Origin: an uncultured Acidimicrobiales bacterium
Lineage (GTDB): Bacteria; Actinomycetota; Acidimicrobiia; Acidimicrobiales; UBA8190
NCBI GenBank assembly: GCA_963811775.1
Contig: CAWESO010000019.1
Location: 122,819 to 186,818, forward strand
Length of the DNA: 64,000 nt
Direction of reading: 5' to 3'
Below the pieces are notes generated by a model that was not told where the DNA came from, did not search any database, and was given only the letters and a program-made list of their open reading frames with translations. The position numbers were made by a program, and so were the translations under genes. Shown piece by piece: positions 47,220-56,502 of this stretch. How positions within the stretch are numbered: the first letter of the stretch is position 1; every line of letters begins with the position of its first letter.

Positions 47220-48124
47220 CGGTGGTCGTGTTGGCTGCCCTCGGCGTCGGAGCAGGCCTCGTAGGCATCGTGATCGGGTGTCGCGCCCAGAGGACGTCGT
47301 TGCGCGGTGCCCTCACCAACCTGACAGTCGAACAAGTGGCCGTGCCTCGATCAACGGTGCCGGTGTCACCATCGAACCATGGGCGACTGGATCACCGGGT
47401 GGCAATCCACATTGCCGACTCGGTGCAAGGGCGCAATCTTGTCAATCGCGAATTCCACCAGCGGCTCGCCCTCGCCAACACCTCACTCGTGGACGTGTGC
47501 GCCCGGTGCCTCGTGTGCATCTTCGTCGGCGGTTCTCTTCCCATTGTGATGTGGTTGATCGTGAGCGCAGGGGGCCTGCATGTTCCAGGCCTCGTCTTTC
47601 TCATCGGAGCGTTGATCCTCGGGGCCGGTGGAGGAGTCGTGCCGATCGCCGAGTTGAATGCCGAGGCCAAGCGCAACCTGCGTCAGGCAAAAAGAGTCAT
47701 TTGCTCCTTTCTCGACCTGGTCGTCCTTGGTTTGGCTGGTGGCATGGGCATCGAGAGCGCTCTTCTCACCGCGGCCCAACTAGGCGAAAACCCCGTGTCC
47801 CGCCGCATGTTCACCGCCCTCACCCTCAGCCGAGATACGGGCGAACCCCCTTGGGATGCCCTGGCCCGTCTAGGGGAATCACTCGGAATCGACGAGCTGC
47901 GCGACCTGGCGGCCGCGGCCGGGCTGGCAGGCACGGAAGGGGCCAGGGTTCGAGCGACTCTGGCCGCACGGGCAGCGACCATTCGTCGCCACGAACTCGC
48001 CAATGCGGAAGCCGAGGCGAACGCCCTGACAGAGAAACTGTTCGTCCCCGGCGTGTTCCTCCTGATCGGGTTTCTCATCTTCATCGGGTACCCGGCCTTT
48101 ACTCGGATCGCGCTGGGCTTCTGA
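47216..48124 (+). CDS. tadC: TadC-like type II secretion system F-family membrane protein
   Basis: ORF track, 302 aa. Polytopic. The ATGA overlaps tadB. Confidence 0.8.
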   Translation: MTVVVLAALGVGAGLVGIVIGCRAQRTSLRGALTNLTVEQVAVPRSTVPVSPSNHGRLDHRVAIHIADSVQGRNLVNREFHQRLALANTSLVDVCARCLVCIFVGGSLPIVMWLIVSAGGLHVPGLVFLIGALILGAGGGVVPIAELNAEAKRNLRQAKRVICSFLDLVVLGLAGGMGIESALLTAAQLGENPVSRRMFTALTLSRDTGEPPWDALARLGESLGIDELRDLAAAAGLAGTEGARVRATLAARAATIRRHELANAEAEANALTEKLFVPGVFLLIGFLIFIGYPAFTRIALGF

Positions 48125-48203
48125 TAGATGACGAACGGGGTGTCGGGGGATGGGTTGGAGTGCAACAGAACAGAGAAAACGGAGAGGAAGGGAAGGGCTA
48201 GCC

Positions 48204-48392
48204 ATGTTCGTTCAGCTCAGAGGCCTGTGGGCCTATGCGTCGGCCAGATGGATGGTGACGACACGCGGAGAGGAGGGAAGCGTCGTCGAAAAGGTCATCC
48301 TCACCGCTGTGTTCGCCGCTCTTGCCATCGCCGTGGGTGCGATCATCGTCGCCAAGGTGATGGACAAGGCGAACTCGATCAACCTGAACTAG
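48204..48392 (+). CDS. flp: Flp/Fap-family pilin precursor
   Basis: Internal ATG of ORF 48150..48392, preceded by the purine-rich GGAGAGGAAGGGAAGG. Product: MFVQLRGLWAYASARWMVTTRGEEG|SVVEKVILTAVFAALAIAVGAIIVAKVMDKANSINLN (leader, Gly, Glu-containing motif, hydrophobic helix). Confidence 0.8.
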   Translation: MFVQLRGLWAYASARWMVTTRGEEGSVVEKVILTAVFAALAIAVGAIIVAKVMDKANSINLN

Positions 48393-48820
48393 TGCCGATC
48401 GATCCGGTGATCGTTTGGGAGACCGGCACCGTCAGGCATCGCTGTCGAATCGACGAGAGCGGCTCCGTGGTGGAAGCCGCGATCGCGATTCCCGCGGCAA
48501 TGTTGGTGATCTTGTTGTCGGTACAGGTCTGTCTCTGGGCCCACGCGTCAACACTCGTTCAAGCCGCAGCGACTCGAGGTGAGCAGGCGGCGTGCGTCGA
48601 GAATGGCACGTTGGCCTCGGGGATGTCTGCCGCACAGTCGGCTCTGGCAGAGACGGCCAATCATGTCGTCCTTGACGCGTCGGTTCGGGCGTCGAGCATT
48701 CCCGACGATGAGGTGGAAATGCGGGTGACGGGAACGACCGAATCGATCATCCCCGGACTACATCTTCCCGTGTCTGCGACCCGGATCGCTGTGAGGCAGG
48801 AGTTTCGTGTCGATGGATGA
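48392..48820 (+). CDS. TadE-like pseudopilin
   Basis: 3' part of ORF 48128..48820. The GTG at 48392 overlaps the flp TAG. N-terminal motif ESGSVVEAAIAIPAAMLVILLSVQV. Confidence 0.75.
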   Translation: MPIDPVIVWETGTVRHRCRIDESGSVVEAAIAIPAAMLVILLSVQVCLWAHASTLVQAAATRGEQAACVENGTLASGMSAAQSALAETANHVVLDASVRASSIPDDEVEMRVTGTTESIIPGLHLPVSATRIAVRQEFRVDG

Positions 48821-49259
48821 CTCCGCGTGTCGCGTGTCGGGCAGGTCGATTCGGGACCGATCACGCGGCAGTCTGACCGTCGAGCTCGTCGTGTTGACGC
48901 CCGTGATCGTCGTATTTCTGCTCGTCGCGCTGGCATTCGGAAGGTATGCATTGGCGAAGGAGCAGCTGGTCGGAGGTGCGCGGGCGGCGGCCGATGCGGT
49001 CGCCGTCGCTGGGTCGGCACTGCAGGCGCAACAGGCTGGCAGTGCAGCGGCCATGCCGGTGCTCCAATCCGATCACACGTGTACGAATCCGACGGTCTCG
49101 GTTGCATCGTCCTCATTTGTGGCGGGGGGACAGGTGCGGGTGTCGGTGTCGTGCCAAGTGGCGCTCTCTGACCTTCTGATCCCAGGGTTCCCCGGAACTG
49201 TGACCGTTCAGGCTGATCAGGTCGCGACGATCGACCCTTATCGGGCCGTGCAGCCATGA
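48807..49259 (+). CDS. TadE-like pseudopilin (second copy)
   Basis: ORF track, 150 aa. Motif SRGSLTVELVVLTPVIVVFLLVA. Confidence 0.75.
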   Translation: MSMDDSACRVSGRSIRDRSRGSLTVELVVLTPVIVVFLLVALAFGRYALAKEQLVGGARAAADAVAVAGSALQAQQAGSAAAMPVLQSDHTCTNPTVSVASSSFVAGGQVRVSVSCQVALSDLLIPGFPGTVTVQADQVATIDPYRAVQP

Positions 49260-49720
49260 CCACACGAAATCGATGCGGATGCCCCCAACTATCGAGTGAC
49301 CCGTGTCATGCGTGTGAGTCCTGGGACGAAGGGTCCTTTACGGTGTTCCTTGCCGTGCTTGCCGTCGCCCTGTTTGCCCTCGTGGGGCTCGTTATCGATG
49401 GTGGCCGAGCCGTTGCCGCACAGAGCGCTGCGACTGGGGATGCCGAGCAGGCGGCGCGACTTGGTGCTGACCAGATCTCGGTCGAAGCGGTTCGTTCCGG
49501 GATCGTTTCCATCGATCCAGTGGCCGCTGCCAGAGCGGCTGACGATTATTTACACGCGGTCGGGAGTCCAGGTCACGTCACTGTCTCGGGACAAACGGTG
49601 ACCGTGCGAATCAAGACCTCCGAGCCAACGGTGATCCTGGGGATGATCGGATTGAGCCAAATCGGGGTCTCGGCATCCGCCAGTGCGACAAATGTGCACG
49701 GTGTGACTCGGGAGGATTGA
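49256..49720 (+). CDS. TadG-related (Tad_N, TadE/G-like) pilus assembly protein
   Basis: ORF track, 154 aa. Contains DEGSFTVFLAVLAVALFALVGLVIDGGRA. The ATGA overlaps the previous gene. Confidence 0.7.
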   Translation: MTTRNRCGCPQLSSDPCHACESWDEGSFTVFLAVLAVALFALVGLVIDGGRAVAAQSAATGDAEQAARLGADQISVEAVRSGIVSIDPVAAARAADDYLHAVGSPGHVTVSGQTVTVRIKTSEPTVILGMIGLSQIGVSASASATNVHGVTRED

Positions 49721-52626
49721 TGAGATTCGCCTCCAGGCCCAACCATGTAACACGACATCGGGGTATGGCAGTCCGAGGTGTCACGACGTTGGGAGTCATC
49801 GGCCTGGTGCTGGGAGTTCCTCTTGCCATGATGGCAATTCACGCACTCCCACCTTTGGAACAGATTCGTAACATCGCAGGGCACCCAGATGATCTGCGCC
49901 GGGTGTTCGACGAGCGCGTCAGTGATCAGACGATCACAGGGGTGGTGGCTGCCATCGCTTGGCTGGTGTGGGCGTGGTTCGTCGTCTGCGTCATTGCAGA
50001 ATTGGTGGGACGTGTGCGTGGTCGTTCTCCTAGCAAGGTGCCCGGGAGCCGACACCTTCAATCACTCGTCGCAGGCCTTCTCGGCGCCTCACTCGCATTC
50101 GGTGTTTCCAGTCGGCAGGCATCGCCACTGAGACTGCGCGTCGCCGCTATGTCGGTGTCCACTCCATACACCGAACCTCCCACCAAACTGCCGAAGCATC
50201 TGAAAAGGCCTGAGACACCGAATTTCGTCATGACCGACACCGAGACTCCTGAGCCGGCCGATTCGACGGCTCCGGTGTCCCCCGAGCGGATTTACGTGGT
50301 CAAGCCACGAGACACACTCTGGTCGATAGCCGAGGCGGAGCTTGGCTCCCCCTTGCAATGGCGGAGGATCGCAGAGGCTAACTACGGCCGACGTCAGCCT
50401 GACGGTGGCGAGTTCACTGATGATCATTGGATTCGACCTGGTTGGCTTTTGGTCATTCCGGTGCCAGGCATCAGTCAGGTCGAAACGCCTCGGGCATTCC
50501 CCGTCGCAACCGTCGATCCGCCACCCGGTGGGGCGGCGCCGGTGGTCGATGGTTCCCCGGCACCGGCATATGCCACGAGCGGGCCCCCCTCAGAGTCCGT
50601 GACGTCATCTTCCGTGAAGAGCGTCCCAGATCCGTCGTCGGCGACAAACGGCCACAAAGAGACGGCCCCTTCCTCTTCGCCGGGTTCGTCAGCGCATCCT
50701 GGAAAGGTTGGAGTGCCAGGACCGCACATTCCGGTCACGCCGATCGGATACGGACTTCTCGGGGCAGGGGTCGTCTCGTTGCTCGACCGAATGCGCCGAG
50801 CCCAGCAGAGAAAACGACCCGCCGGACTCCGGATCGCCCTTCCCGACGGTGATCTGATCGAGTTGGAGCGTGGGTTGCGGATCGCAGCTGATCCCGGAGC
50901 GGTCGACTGGGTCGACCTCAGCCTTCGACTTCTTGCCGTGGCGGTCCGGCGGAATCATCGGGACACGCCACTGGTCTCCGCCGTGTGCCTCCGTGAGGAC
51001 GTTGTCGAGATCATGTTCGACCCCTCGAGCGAGCCATCCCTCCCGCCACCACCCTTCGAGCCTGGACCGCTGGTCTCGAGCTGGGTACTGGGGAAGACGG
51101 GTCAACGCATCGAGTCTTTGCGCAATGACCCAGAGGTAGTGGGAGTGGATGCCCCACTGCCATCGCTCGTCACCCTGGGTCGGAATGCGGTCGGGATCGT
51201 TCTGCTCAATATCGAGCGAGCGGGATCTGTGGCCGTCTCCGGGCCTGATGCCGACCTTCTGGTCGAGGCCATGGCGGTCGAGCTCGCCACGACCAAATGG
51301 GGCGATCAGATCGACCTGGTGCTCGTGGGGTTCGGCGGAGACATCTCAGGTCTCGAGCGTGTCAGTCACGCCGGATCACTCCAATCCGTTCGCACCAAGA
51401 TGAAGCGGCGCACTCGCGAGCGTGCCGCATTGCTCACCCTCGCCCAGCGAACCACCAACAGTGATACCCGGTGGCAGGACGGGGGAGACGCCTGGGATGT
51501 CTGTGTCGTCGTCTGCACATCCAAGGTGTGCAGGGACGAGGCTTCAGCTCTCGAAGAGCTCATCGAGATCGCAGGGGACGGGTCGCTGGGCGTCGCTGTC
51601 ATCTGTGGCGACGACGCCCAATCGGTACGGTGGCGCGTTCGAGCTGAAGACGGTCGAGTGTCCGTCGACGACTGGCGGATGGAATGGGCGTCCCTTGCTC
51701 GCCAGCCAGTTCCATCGAATCTCGTGACTCGTATCGCCGAGCTTGTTTCGGTTGCCGCCCAGACTGAGGGAGTCGTTCCTGACGCTGAGGCCTGTGAACG
51801 ACCGTCGCTCCAGGCGGCGGAATGGGAGCCGCCCGGGATGAGGCAGACCAACGTCGGCGGTCAGGACGCGGCAGGCACCATCGTGGATTCGGATCGTCCG
51901 AATGTGCTCGTGAGTGTTTTGGGCCAGGTGGCAATCACGGGAGCAGCTCGGCAGTTCTCCCGAGCGTGGGCCGTCGAGCTGGTTGTTTATCTGGCCCTTC
52001 ACCCGGGCGGCGCAAGCAACGAGCAGTGGGCAACGGCCCTCTGGCCCGACAAGGTGATGGCTCCGGCGAGCCTCCACTCAACAGCGTCGGCCGCGCGTCG
52101 GTGTCTCGGCACCTCCGATACCGGGGACGACCACCTCCCTCGATCACGAGGTCGGTTGGCACTGGGGCCTGGTGTTCAGACCGATTGGGACAGATTCGTG
52201 CAGCTGTCGCGGTCGCCGGCTGCCGAAGACTGGCGCCAAGCAATCCGACTGATCCGGGGCCGACCCTTCGAAGGGCTCCGCTCTCCCGACTGGGTCGTGC
52301 TCGAGGGCATCCAGGCTGCCGTCGAGGCCGGTGTCGTGGATTTGGCGCACCGCTATTGTCACCACTGCCTCGAGGTTCTCGATGCAGCCGGCGCCGAGTG
52401 GGCTGCGCGTCAGGGGTTGCGTGTCAGCCCATATGACGAACGCCTCTATCGCGTTCTCATGAGCGCTTCGGACGTTGCCGGCAACCCTGCGGGAGTCGAA
52501 TCCGTAATGGCCGAACTCGTCCATCTCGTCGCCGACGACATCGAGCCTTTCGATGCGGTGCATCCCGAAACGCTCGCTTTGTACCGCACCCTTTCGCGAC
52601 GCTCAGCCGTATCACGAAGCCGGTGA
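49720..52626 (+). CDS. Polytopic membrane protein with an extracytoplasmic LysM domain and a cytoplasmic SARP-type module (OmpR-like wHTH plus BTAD)
   Basis: ORF 49717..52626 (TTG 49717 or ATG 49720, overlapping the TadG stop). By eye there are four TM segments at aa ~22-44, 72-96, 114-131 and 340-357. LysM at aa ~192-248 (IYVVKPRDTLWSIAEAELGSPLQWRRIAEAN...GWLLVIP). wHTH at aa ~729-800 (VLVSVLGQVAITG...AVELVVYLALHPGGASNEQWATALWPD). BTAD at aa ~820-960 (WDRFVQL...PYDERLYRVLMSA). Confidence 0.75.
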   Translation: MRFASRPNHVTRHRGMAVRGVTTLGVIGLVLGVPLAMMAIHALPPLEQIRNIAGHPDDLRRVFDERVSDQTITGVVAAIAWLVWAWFVVCVIAELVGRVRGRSPSKVPGSRHLQSLVAGLLGASLAFGVSSRQASPLRLRVAAMSVSTPYTEPPTKLPKHLKRPETPNFVMTDTETPEPADSTAPVSPERIYVVKPRDTLWSIAEAELGSPLQWRRIAEANYGRRQPDGGEFTDDHWIRPGWLLVIPVPGISQVETPRAFPVATVDPPPGGAAPVVDGSPAPAYATSGPPSESVTSSSVKSVPDPSSATNGHKETAPSSSPGSSAHPGKVGVPGPHIPVTPIGYGLLGAGVVSLLDRMRRAQQRKRPAGLRIALPDGDLIELERGLRIAADPGAVDWVDLSLRLLAVAVRRNHRDTPLVSAVCLREDVVEIMFDPSSEPSLPPPPFEPGPLVSSWVLGKTGQRIESLRNDPEVVGVDAPLPSLVTLGRNAVGIVLLNIERAGSVAVSGPDADLLVEAMAVELATTKWGDQIDLVLVGFGGDISGLERVSHAGSLQSVRTKMKRRTRERAALLTLAQRTTNSDTRWQDGGDAWDVCVVVCTSKVCRDEASALEELIEIAGDGSLGVAVICGDDAQSVRWRVRAEDGRVSVDDWRMEWASLARQPVPSNLVTRIAELVSVAAQTEGVVPDAEACERPSLQAAEWEPPGMRQTNVGGQDAAGTIVDSDRPNVLVSVLGQVAITGAARQFSRAWAVELVVYLALHPGGASNEQWATALWPDKVMAPASLHSTASAARRCLGTSDTGDDHLPRSRGRLALGPGVQTDWDRFVQLSRSPAAEDWRQAIRLIRGRPFEGLRSPDWVVLEGIQAAVEAGVVDLAHRYCHHCLEVLDAAGAEWAARQGLRVSPYDERLYRVLMSASDVAGNPAGVESVMAELVHLVADDIEPFDAVHPETLALYRTLSRRSAVSRSR

Positions 52627-52806
52627 AGCATGGTGCGCTCATCTCGGCTATGGGGCGCAGGAAAACATCAGGGAGGCCGGGGAATCCGGGGAATGTCTCC
52701 GAGCAGGGCTCCGGTGAGCTTGCTGGAGAGGTCTTGTGCAAGGTCAATGCTCGAGCATGACGCTCGCCGCCAGAGGGTGAGCGACAGATGAGGAGAGCAT
52801 GGACCG

Positions 52807-53238
52807 ATGAGCAATACGACGACGCTGTCAGGCAACCTGACCCGGGATCCGGAGATTCGATACACGCGGGACGGCCAGGCCAATGCGACGTTCGGCTTGG
52901 CCGTCAACCGCCGGTGGCAACCACGGGGATCCGATGAATGGGAAGAAGCTACGTCGTTCTTCGACGTCGTTTGCTGGAGAGATCTCGCCGAGAATGTCGC
53001 GCTCAGTTTGGTGAAAGGCAGTCGGGTTATCGTGACCGGTCGCCTCGAACAACAATCGTGGGAGACCGAGAACGGCGAACGCCGCAGTCGAGTGGAGGTG
53101 ACAGCGGAGGAGGTCGGCCCGTCTCTTCGGTTCGCCACAGCAGAGATCTCTCGCAACGAGCGTCGCGGTCCTGAGCAAGCCGGGCAAGGGGGAAACTCCG
53201 GGGTGGGCGACTCCGAGGTTGTCGGCATCGACGCCTGA
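52807..53238 (+). CDS. ssb: Single-stranded DNA-binding protein (OB fold) lacking the canonical acidic C-terminal tip
   Basis: ORF track, 143 aa. Contains LSGNLTRDPEIRYTRDGQANATFGLAVNRRW...FFDVVCWRDLAENVALSLVKGSRVIVTGRLEQQSWETENGERRSRVEVTAEEVGPSLRFA. The C-terminus is ...GVGDSEVVGIDA. Confidence 0.9.
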   Translation: MSNTTTLSGNLTRDPEIRYTRDGQANATFGLAVNRRWQPRGSDEWEEATSFFDVVCWRDLAENVALSLVKGSRVIVTGRLEQQSWETENGERRSRVEVTAEEVGPSLRFATAEISRNERRGPEQAGQGGNSGVGDSEVVGIDA

Positions 53239-53248
53239 TCGACTCGAG

Positions 53249-53285
53249 CCGGACCGGTGACAGTCCGCGCCTGTCATCGGTCCGG
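53249..53285 (+). terminator. GC-rich hairpin 11 nt after the ssb stop
   Basis: CCGGACCGGTGACAG tccgcgc CTGTCATCGGTCCGG: a 15-bp stem with one mismatch and a 7-nt loop. There is no U-tract, which is common in high-GC actinobacteria. Confidence 0.55.
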
Positions 53286-53454
53286 TGAGTCGCGTGAATG
53301 GCGGGGACACGAAAGGTCCGAGATTCGGATCCCGGTTCCTCTGCTGCAATGCCGTTGACCACCTTGCGCGGGTGTGCTCTTGGCCGCGCCACAGGAACCT
53401 CGTGACGCTCGTGAATCCTTCGGTTGTCCATGTTCCGGAGATGCAGAAATAACG

Positions 53455-53649
53455 ATGACTTTGTTGCCGGTGTCAAAAGGAGAACGAGTGCGTGTCTCGA
53501 CCGCCGTGGTGCTCAACAAGCGTGAGGCATTCGAAGCTTGTGAGGCGTGTGCTGAAGCAGAACGGGCCCTTCTCCGCGCCGGGCGGGCCTCCGAAGCAGC
53601 TCGGATGGCGGCTCTCTTCGAACTCATCGAGGGCCGCCTGATGACATGA
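53455..53649 (+). CDS. Hypothetical 64-aa protein (weak call)
   Basis: Internal ATG of ORF 53374..53649. Product: MTLLPVSKGERVRVSTAVVLNKREAFEACEACAEAERALLRAGRASEAARMAALFELIEGRLMT. No clear RBS and no family recognised. Confidence 0.25.
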   Translation: MTLLPVSKGERVRVSTAVVLNKREAFEACEACAEAERALLRAGRASEAARMAALFELIEGRLMT

Positions 53650-53714
53650 GAACCCTGGGCGCCCCGCCGCGGACGTGGTTTGCGGCCGGTGGCGGCAGAA
53701 GGCGTCGGCTTTGC

Positions 53715-54134
53715 TTACCCCTCTGCACCAGGTTCGAACTCCAGAGACAGCGAGTTGATGCAGTACCGCTGTCCTGTGGGGGCGGGGCCGTCGGGGAAGA
53801 CATGGCCGAGATGCCCACCACAGCGTGCGCAGGTGACCTCGGTCCGGCGCATGCCGCGGCTGCGATCCTCGTGCTCGTTGATGACGCCATCGGCGACGGC
53901 CTTGGTGAAGCTCGGCCACCCTGATCCGGAGTCGAACTTGTCGTCGGAGCGGAACAGCTCGGCTCCGCAGGCGGCGCAGCGGAACAGCCCTGGGTCGTGT
54001 ACGTCGAGGAGCGTGCCGGTCCATGCCGGCTCGGTGCCCTTCTCACGCAGCACGTGGAAGCGGTCGGGGTCGAGCTCGGCCTTCCACTCGTCCTCGGTCT
54101 TCACGATTTCGGGCTTCACGGTGTCAGAGCTCAT
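53715..54134 (-). CDS. msrB: Peptide-methionine (R)-S-oxide reductase
   Basis: This is the last 139 aa of the 624-aa ORF 53715..55589; the rest is antisense to the acyl-CoA dehydrogenase. Two CxxC pairs ([21 protein letters not shown]) and the catalytic RYCINS. Confidence 0.95.
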   Translation of the reverse strand: MSSDTVKPEIVKTEDEWKAELDPDRFHVLREKGTEPAWTGTLLDVHDPGLFRCAACGAELFRSDDKFDSGSGWPSFTKAVADGVINEHEDRSRGMRRTEVTCARCGGHLGHVFPDGPAPTGQRYCINSLSLEFEPGAEG

Positions 54135-54365
54135 CGATCCCTCCTTCGGGGGTCGGGCGGACTTGGCGAGAACCTTCTGTAGTAATCCCATGCCCGGGTA
54201 ACGCCGTCCCAGAGGGAACTGTTCCACGACCGCGCCAAGAATCCACATCGTCGACACGCGGCGCCCCGAAACACCCCGGGGCGGCCCCGGGAGGCCTCGG
54301 CCCCCTTTGCTAACGTCAGCCCGGAAACGCTCCTGGCCAGGGAGCATGGACCCGACACCCACCTC

Positions 54366-55586
54366 ATGGACCTCCACGACAGCCCCGAGGACGCCGCCTT
54401 CCGGGCCGAGGCGCGGGGCTGGCTCGAGGCCAACCTGACCGGCGATTTCGCCGGGGCCCGGGGCCTGGGCCGGGCCGGGCTCCAGCACGAGGGTCGCGAC
54501 CTCCGCCTGGCGTGGGAGCGCAAGCTCGGCGCCGACGGGTGGACGTGCGTGGGTTGGCCCGTCGAGTACGGCGGGCGTGCTGCGCCCATGTCGCAACAAG
54601 TCATCTGGAACGAGGAGTACGTCCGGGCCGACGCCCCGGCCCGCGTCAACGTCATGGGGGAGGGCCTGCTCGGGCCCACCTTGATCGCCTACGGCACCGA
54701 CGCGCAGAAGAAGCGCTTTCTCAACCCCATCCGATGGGGCACGGAGCTGTGGTGCCAGGGCTACTCCGAGCCCAACGCCGGCTCGGACCTCGCCAACGTG
54801 CAGACCAAAGCGGTGCGCGACGGCGACGAGTGGGTCATCACCGGCCAGAAGGTGTGGACCTCGTACGCCCAGTGGAGCGACTGGTGCTTCGTGGTGTGCC
54901 GCACCGACCCCGAGGCCCCGCGCCACCGGGGACTGTCGTACCTGCTCGTCCCCATGGACCAGCCCGGCATCGAGATCCGCCCCATCAGGCAGATGACGGG
55001 CACGTCGGAGTTCAACGAGGTGTTCTTCGACGGGGCCCGCACCGACGAGGACCTCGTGGTGGGTGAGGTCAACGACGGGTGGCGCGTCGCCCTCGCCACG
55101 TTGTCCTTCGAGCGAGGCGTGGGCCTGCTCGGTGAGATCGTCGGGTTCCGCAAGGAGCTCGACCATCTGCTCGAGCTGGCTGCCAAGCGCGGGTGCACCG
55201 CCGATGTGATCTACCGCCAGCGCCTGGCCGAGGTGTGGATCCGCCTGTACATCCTGCGGCTCAACACCTTGCGGTCGCTCACCGGCGTCGACGGGCCTGT
55301 CGCCCCTCCGCAGGCGTCGATCTCGAAGCTGTTCTGGGCCACGTGGCACCGCGACCTCGGCGAACTGGCCATGGACGTCCTCGGCTCCGACGCCCTGGTG
55401 GCCGACGCGGCGCCGTACGAGCTCAGCGACCTGCAGCGAATCTTCCTGTTCAGCCGGGCCGACACCATCTATGGCGGGTCGAACGAGATCCAGCGCAACA
55501 TCATCGGTGAGCGCGTGCTCGGGCTCCCCCCCGAGCCCAAGGTCGCCGCAACCACTACCACCAAGAATGGAGCCCCGTCCCCGTGA
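54366..55586 (+). CDS. Acyl-CoA dehydrogenase (FadE-like)
   Basis: ORF track, 406 aa. Contains [30 protein letters not shown] and [13 protein letters not shown]. Confidence 0.9.
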   Translation: MDLHDSPEDAAFRAEARGWLEANLTGDFAGARGLGRAGLQHEGRDLRLAWERKLGADGWTCVGWPVEYGGRAAPMSQQVIWNEEYVRADAPARVNVMGEGLLGPTLIAYGTDAQKKRFLNPIRWGTELWCQGYSEPNAGSDLANVQTKAVRDGDEWVITGQKVWTSYAQWSDWCFVVCRTDPEAPRHRGLSYLLVPMDQPGIEIRPIRQMTGTSEFNEVFFDGARTDEDLVVGEVNDGWRVALATLSFERGVGLLGEIVGFRKELDHLLELAAKRGCTADVIYRQRLAEVWIRLYILRLNTLRSLTGVDGPVAPPQASISKLFWATWHRDLGELAMDVLGSDALVADAAPYELSDLQRIFLFSRADTIYGGSNEIQRNIIGERVLGLPPEPKVAATTTTKNGAPSP

Positions 55587-56395
55587 CATCAGCCACGCCC
55601 GATCCGCCGGCCCCGGGCCCGGTCGCCCCCCGGCCCCCGTCGCCCCACGCCCTGCTCGAGGGGAAGGTCGTCGTCGTGACCGCCGCGGCGGGGACGGGAA
55701 TCGGCTTCTCGGCGGCCAAACGGTGCGCCGAGGAAGGCGCGGTGGTCGTCGTCTCCGACGCCCACGAGCGGCGCCTCGGAGAGGCCGCCGACGCGCTGGC
55801 CGAGGTGACCGGGACGAGACCGTTGGCCGTGCCGTGCAACGTGACCGTCGAGGCCCAGGTGCAGCGTCTCTATGACACCGCCATGGCCGAGCACGGTCGC
55901 ATCGACGTCGCCATCAACAACGCCGGGCTCGGCGGCAACGCCCCCATCGTGGACATGACCGACGAGCAGTGGTCGACGGTCCTCGACATCACCCTCACCG
56001 GGACCTTCCGCTGCATGCGCGCCGAGCTGAGCCACATGTACGAGCAGGGGAGCGGCGTCGTCGTCAACAACTCATCGGTGCTCGGGTGGCGGGCCCAGGC
56101 CGACCAGGCGCACTACGCCGCGGCCAAGGCCGGCGTCATGGCGCTCACCCGCTGCGCCGCGGTGGAGGCGGCCGCGCACGGAGTCCGTGTGAACGCCGTG
56201 GCCCCCAGTCTGGCCCTGCACCCGTTCCTCAACCGGGTGTTCCCCGACGACGAGCTCGAGCGCCTGCGCCAGGCCGAGCTGTTCGGTCGGTCGGCCGAGA
56301 CGTGGGAGGTCGCCAACGTCATGGTCTTCCTGGCCAGCGACTACTCGTCGTACATGAGCGGGGAGATCGTGTCGGTCTCGAGCCAGCACCCCTGA
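55583..56395 (+). CDS. Short-chain dehydrogenase/reductase (SDR)
   Basis: ORF track, 270 aa. Contains [18 protein letters not shown] and YAAAK. The GTGA overlaps the upstream gene. Confidence 0.9.
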   Translation: MTSATPDPPAPGPVAPRPPSPHALLEGKVVVVTAAAGTGIGFSAAKRCAEEGAVVVVSDAHERRLGEAADALAEVTGTRPLAVPCNVTVEAQVQRLYDTAMAEHGRIDVAINNAGLGGNAPIVDMTDEQWSTVLDITLTGTFRCMRAELSHMYEQGSGVVVNNSSVLGWRAQADQAHYAAAKAGVMALTRCAAVEAAAHGVRVNAVAPSLALHPFLNRVFPDDELERLRQAELFGRSAETWEVANVMVFLASDYSSYMSGEIVSVSSQHP

Positions 56396-56502
56396 GCCCA
56401 ACCCGAACCCCCGTCTTCACCGCGTCACGGCCGACGGCGCCCCGGGGGACGTGAATCGGGCCGCGAATCGGGGACGCGAAACGCGGCACGCGCCCTGGGC
56501 GG

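Noticed and set aside
53731-53742. tRNA-like T-loop sequence GGTTCGAACTCC
   Set aside because: It lies inside the msrB coding sequence, and no acceptor, D or anticodon arms can be drawn around it. I found no tRNA anywhere in the window.
54135-55589. N-terminal ~485 aa of the 624-aa minus ORF 53715..55589
   Set aside because: Only the last 139 aa (MsrB, with its own ATG at 54134) are meaningful. The rest is antisense to the acyl-CoA dehydrogenase and crosses the intergenic region.
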